DNA of 64,000 nucleotides, from positions 1-64,000 of the forward strand of contig JBQTHX010000030.1 in assembly GCA_052389415.1 (NCBI GenBank), in the 5' to 3' direction. A model generated the notes under the pieces. That model saw only the letters and a program-made list of their open reading frames with translations. It made no database searches and was not told the DNA's origin. Below are positions 59,748 through 64,000 of the stretch, piece after piece. Position 1 is the first letter of the stretch, and each line of letters opens with the position of its first letter. This stretch comes from Nitrosopumilaceae archaeon. Its GTDB lineage: Archaea; Thermoproteota; Nitrososphaeria; Nitrososphaerales; Nitrosopumilaceae. Made by a program: the position numbers and the translations under genes.

Positions 59748-60410
59748 ATGCAAAATTTGGCTTTTGATGTACATTCAAAGAATTTTCTGTTACTGATAAT
59801 GTTATTTATCATAATTACTATCTTGGTTTTTACAAAAATTACGAAACCAATTGATGATGCCATAATAAATTACGCTCAATCAATTGGTGGAAACCTATCT
59901 TTGGATCTCTTTATGCAGTTCCTTACAGAAATAGGTAGTTTGTTCTACATGATTATTTTTAGCTTGGTGTTATTTATCAAAAAACGTACTAGGAGAATAG
60001 GCCTGATACTGATCTTGTCAGTCTTGGCAGGAACTATTGTTTCTGCATACATAAAAGAATCTGTTGGTCAAGAGAGACCAAACCTAGATTTTAAAGGAAT
60101 TCCATTTCCCATACCACTTGAAAAAGACACATTCTCTTTTTTTGGGGCTGATACAAACTCCTTTCCATCAGGTCACGCTACGAGAACATCCGCATTTGCA
60201 TTAGTAATTGGATTTGCATTATCCAAAAGATTTCCAAATGGCTGCTATCTCTTATTCTTATATCCATGTCTAGTGTCTATAAGTAGAGTTTATGTTTTGC
60301 AACATTACCCCTCAGATGTTATAGGCGGTATGATCCTTGGCATTTTGGTTTCTGGACTAATATCAAAAAAACTCAAATTGCATCTTATATTTGAAAAATC
60401 AATAACCTAA
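59748..60410 (+). CDS. PAP2-family membrane phosphatase
   Basis: K...RP, SFPSGHA, SRVYVLQHYPSDV. Confidence 0.9.
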   Translation: MQNLAFDVHSKNFLLLIMLFIIITILVFTKITKPIDDAIINYAQSIGGNLSLDLFMQFLTEIGSLFYMIIFSLVLFIKKRTRRIGLILILSVLAGTIVSAYIKESVGQERPNLDFKGIPFPIPLEKDTFSFFGADTNSFPSGHATRTSAFALVIGFALSKRFPNGCYLLFLYPCLVSISRVYVLQHYPSDVIGGMILGILVSGLISKKLKLHLIFEKSIT

Positions 60411-60710
60411 TTCATGCAAAGCTTTGGAACTTATCAAAATCATGGCAAAATGAGATTTGTCATGATGAAGTATCCAATACCTCACATCTCGTTCTTGTTT
60501 GGTTTTACGTAATCCAAAATTAATCTCATTAATGATCAAAAATCCAATTTTTTTTGCTTGTTCTTTTTCGTTTGTCATCAGTACTTTAATTGCACTTTGA
60601 TGATCTGAAAATCCTAGTTTGATCATTTCTGAAACAGCGTCAGATACCTGTGATTCATTATCGATCTCAAAAGTTTTTAGTATGGGCAGTTGAGATGGAT
60701 GAAAATCCAT
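60399..60710 (-). CDS. Hypothetical protein
   Basis: 103-aa ORF with ATG start. Confidence 0.7.
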   Translation of the reverse strand: MDFHPSQLPILKTFEIDNESQVSDAVSEMIKLGFSDHQSAIKVLMTNEKEQAKKIGFLIINEINFGLRKTKQERDVRYWILHHDKSHFAMILISSKALHELGY

Positions 60711-60869
60711 GTTTCTCCCTTTACATTACCAAATAAAATCTACTAGCTTGAAAGAATAGGTAGTTGAAATTTTATAAAAAATCATCAAATATGTGAAAAA
60801 TATTAACTTTTATGTCAATTCCTAATCATAGCAAAAACTTAATCGAGTACAAAATCTGTTTATGGATAT

Positions 60870-61664
60870 ATGGCATCTCTCTCAAATCTTGTAAAATCAT
60901 ACAAGAATAAGAAAATAGAGGCAACAAAGAGCAGACGACGAAGTGAAAATCAACTTGATTCTACTCTTTCATTAAAACGCAAATCTTCTTCAGGGCTTTC
61001 CTCGCTTGAAAAGAAAAAAGAGTCATCTCTTAGAAAGAAAGAAGAAATTTCTTTGCTTCTGAATCAGTACACAGCACAGAGAGATAGCGTTCAAAGATTA
61101 AAAACCGCCGCTCAAAGCAAACTTGAACAAGCGGAAGAAGAAAAAGAGCGGATCGCACAAGAAATAGAATTTAGCTCTCCAGATGGAAAAGGACAAAATG
61201 CTGAGAAAATTAGAGCAATAAATCAAAAGGTTGAAGATTTACATTCAGAGATAAAACAGAGGAATGCAGCAGAAGATAGACTGCAAAAACAAATTGAGGA
61301 TTTAACAAAATCACGGACAAAAATTGATTTACAAATAAGAACCCATACACAAACAAAACCTCTGCTTTTAGAACAGTTCAAATCTAGTACCAAGGCAGAG
61401 GAAATGTTACGTTCTCAAGTAAAATCTAAAATGAGGCGTGAAGAACAAGCAAAACGTAATTTAATTAAACTTGCACAAAAGATTGAGATTTTACGTGCTA
61501 AAAAGAGAAAAGCAAAAAGAAAGAAGAAAAAAATAAAAACACGCTCAAAGTTAAAGAGGAAAGTAAAAACAAGGACAAGAAAAGTAAAAAAACACAAATC
61601 ACGAATACGACCTAAAACGAAAAAAAGAAAAATAAAAAGGAAAATCAAAAAGTCTAGGCGATAA
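60870..61664 (+). CDS. Coiled-coil protein with extremely basic C-terminal tail
   Basis: ~200-aa heptad-rich region followed by ~55 residues dominated by K/R. Confidence 0.78.
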   Translation: MASLSNLVKSYKNKKIEATKSRRRSENQLDSTLSLKRKSSSGLSSLEKKKESSLRKKEEISLLLNQYTAQRDSVQRLKTAAQSKLEQAEEEKERIAQEIEFSSPDGKGQNAEKIRAINQKVEDLHSEIKQRNAAEDRLQKQIEDLTKSRTKIDLQIRTHTQTKPLLLEQFKSSTKAEEMLRSQVKSKMRREEQAKRNLIKLAQKIEILRAKKRKAKRKKKKIKTRSKLKRKVKTRTRKVKKHKSRIRPKTKKRKIKRKIKKSRR

Positions 61665-61707
61665 AATCCACGCTTCATTAATATGGTATGGGTTTCTGTA
61701 GAAATTC

Positions 61708-62484
61708 ATGTCGTCTCAATCAAAAATTTTTGTAGAAGTTTCTGAAATGCCCAAGTTAAAAAACCCCAATCTTATTTGTGGGCTGCCAGGAAGTGGTTAT
61801 GTGGGAAAGATTGCAGTCGATTATTTGATTGACGAACTTAAAGGCGTAAAATTTGCAAACATTTTTTCATCATCATTTCCACCTCAAGTTTCTATACGAG
61901 ATGATGGCACGATAGATTTAATGAAAAATACATTATATTATTGTAAGAATGTCCCAGATGACATAATATTACTGACTGGAGATGCACAACCAGTTACTCC
62001 TGAAAGTGAATATGCAATGGCAGAGGAGATAATAGGAATATGCGAAAAACTGGGAGTAAAAAACATCTATACTCTGGCAGCTTTTATCACCGGCACTTTC
62101 TCCAAAAATCCTAAAGTCTATGGAACTAGCACATCGTTGCAAATAGTAAAGGGCTTCACAAAACAGGGAATTGTTTCTATGAGCGGAGGAACAGTCACTG
62201 GAATGAATGGATTGGTGATTGGTGCTGGCAAAACTAGAGGAATCACCGGGATTTGTTTGCTTGGAGAAACCTCTGGATATGTTGTTGATGCAAAAGCCTC
62301 ACATGCCATTCTCGAAATTCTTTCAAAAATTTTGGGGCTAAAATTAGATATGAGCACTATTATCAAAAGAGCACAAGATACGGATCGATTAATAAAAACT
62401 GTTGAAGAACAAATGGGGCAGCGGCAATCAACAGAACAATTGCCAATGCCTCCTCAAGATAAAAAACTTGATTATATTAGCTAA
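61708..62484 (+). CDS. PAC2-family proteasome assembly chaperone-like protein
   Basis: GLPGSGYVGKIA, FPPQV, LTGDAQP, GMNGL, CLLGETSG. Confidence 0.88.
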   Translation: MSSQSKIFVEVSEMPKLKNPNLICGLPGSGYVGKIAVDYLIDELKGVKFANIFSSSFPPQVSIRDDGTIDLMKNTLYYCKNVPDDIILLTGDAQPVTPESEYAMAEEIIGICEKLGVKNIYTLAAFITGTFSKNPKVYGTSTSLQIVKGFTKQGIVSMSGGTVTGMNGLVIGAGKTRGITGICLLGETSGYVVDAKASHAILEILSKILGLKLDMSTIIKRAQDTDRLIKTVEEQMGQRQSTEQLPMPPQDKKLDYIS

Positions 62485-62500
62485 AAGAATGGTGTAGAGT

Positions 62501-62800
62501 TTAAAATTCGATTACATTCAATTTGCCATACTTTCCAACATTCAGAGAATTTTCTCCTCTAAAGCTTGTAATGTATCCATTTTCTACTCTTATTTTGGAA
62601 CCTGGTTTAACCATCTTGATCTGAGCATCCCATAAAGTAAGTTTTATCTGACCAGTGTTATCTTTTAGGATTGCATCAGCTACTTGGGCCTGCCCACCAG
62701 ATTTTAGATTTACAGTTCTTGGCTCACTGATACTCTCAATGACGCCTTCTACTGGTTCAAGTCTATTCTGTGGTTTATTGAGTTGGCTTATGTCTGTCAT
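62501..62800 (-). CDS. ssb: Single OB-fold ssDNA-binding protein (SSB/RPA)
   Basis: PRTV, LKDNTGQIKLTLW, ENGY, LNVGKYG. Confidence 0.87.
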   Translation of the reverse strand: MTDISQLNKPQNRLEPVEGVIESISEPRTVNLKSGGQAQVADAILKDNTGQIKLTLWDAQIKMVKPGSKIRVENGYITSFRGENSLNVGKYGKLNVIEF

Positions 62801-63053
62801 CAGCCAATTTTTTCATACTCAAATAATAAGTGTTTTGATATAAACTTCTGATCAGAACTCGGGGTTTAATCAGTTCAAGTGGCTCTGAATTTATTATCAT
62901 TCACAATATAAAATGTCATTGGTAATGAATGAACAACTAATTTCATAAATTACATCTTTGTTGCTAATTTAATCAAATTTTCAATCTTATTCTTTCCTAA
63001 ATCTACTTCTGTTAAGGAGTCAGAGGTTGATATAAAGATCTGTTAGACAAAAA

Positions 63054-64000
63054 TCAATTAACTGCTAGTGCGAAAGTAGTCTCTACGGTCTTTTTATCAT
63101 CTATCACTTTGATTGTATATGTTCCAGGACTCAGATCAGTTGGTATTCTCCAAATAGTACCATATGTTCCAATTCCAGTAGCTACTATGCTCAATTCATC
63201 AATCTCTATAGTGTCTTTTAAAATCTTAATTATTATTGTATGAGAGACACTAACTCCGTCTCCGCTGATTTGTATTATCTCGTCAGTCTTGTAATTAGTT
63301 TTATCCAAATAAACTGAAATTGTTCCGGCTACACTTTGTGTTACCTTTAGATCCTTGCTAACGTGGTTTATGCCACTGCCGGCCTCGATCTTCCAAATTC
63401 CAGTCTGAGCATTAGTTGGAATTCTAAAAGCTGATGATGAATAGATCCCCTTTTTATCAGTAAATATCTCCTGAGTTTTTACCTTTGTGCCTTTTGGATC
63501 TAGTAAACTTAGGGTAATTATGACATTCGGATTAGAATCACCAATTATTAAAATCGGGTCCCCTGGATGATAGGATTCTTGTAAAGTTCTAAGATTGACC
63601 TTTCCTGTACTGGTTTGTAAACCAACTGAGAATTTATTTTCAGCCTGTACGTTTCCTCTGCTAACAACAGCAGTATAAATTCCTGAAGTATAACCAGTAA
63701 GATTGAAACTGTACATGTGATAACCATCATCTCCCAATGAAAAACTATCGGAAAATTTTGTCTTGTCTGCCGGATCAATAACGATCAAATTTATAGTTGC
63801 AGAAGGAGGTCCTATGATGTTGATTTTTGGTTGCTGTGAAGTTTTGTAATTCATTGCATCCATGGTTGCAATTAATGGCTGGGATGGCAACTGACCTACA
63901 CCAAACAAGACAGTTGCAAGTTCGCCTTGCTGGGTTGCAAACAAAACGTATGTTCCCTCCCGTATTCCTGGGTCTAGGGGGTAACTAAAATTCAATGTGC
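63054..64000 (-). CDS. C-terminal part of a large Ig-like-repeat surface protein; start lies beyond the window
   Basis: Repeated beta-sandwich units (DKTNY, Y.PGD.I.I.G, G.Y/W.I); frame open to the window edge. Confidence 0.75.
   Translation of the reverse strand, partial: TLNFSYPLDPGIREGTYVLFATQQGELATVLFGVGQLPSQPLIATMDAMNYKTSQQPKINIIGPPSATINLIVIDPADKTKFSDSFSLGDDGYHMYSFNLTGYTSGIYTAVVSRGNVQAENKFSVGLQTSTGKVNLRTLQESYHPGDPILIIGDSNPNVIITLSLLDPKGTKVKTQEIFTDKKGIYSSSAFRIPTNAQTGIWKIEAGSGINHVSKDLKVTQSVAGTISVYLDKTNYKTDEIIQISGDGVSVSHTIIIKILKDTIEIDELSIVATGIGTYGTIWRIPTDLSPGTYTIKVIDDKKTVETTFALAVN

Overview
AT-rich archaeal chromosomal DNA. Gene content and order point to an ammonia-oxidising Nitrososphaerota (Thaumarchaeota, Nitrosopumilales-like) genome; this is inferred from protein families, not from a database search. 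Most of the window is core housekeeping: OFOR alpha/beta, cofE, two tandem aconitase-family LeuCD/HacAB pairs, rpoD-L18e-L13-S9, the SBDS-exosome-L37ae-Pcc1-prefoldin superoperon, XPF, Nob1, NAD kinase, rhodanese, a CesA-like GT2, L10e, a tRNA splicing endonuclease subunit, hemL-hemC-cobA-hemD, sufB-sufD-Rieske-sufS-sufU, pgk, PAC2 and SSB. There are three tRNAs: intron-containing Ser-GGA, Gly-GCC and Glu-CTC. Accessory material: (i) a ~27.3-32 kb patch with a truncated integrase-like gene, a McrA-like HNH nuclease and a coupled tandem-wHTH/P-loop ATPase pair; (ii) a 35.4-40.4 kb region with four tiny Cys/His-rich ORFs below the ORF-track cutoff, including a metallothionein-like 47-mer, next to a surface cupredoxin; (iii) a 1606-aa NHL/15xHYR/RTX-like surface protein. 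A fifth missed micro-ORF (8 Cys, C-terminal Gly-Gly) follows a radical SAM gene. Two clean operator-like palindromes lie upstream of sufB and of a zinc-ribbon membrane protein. No CRISPR array or rRNA was seen.
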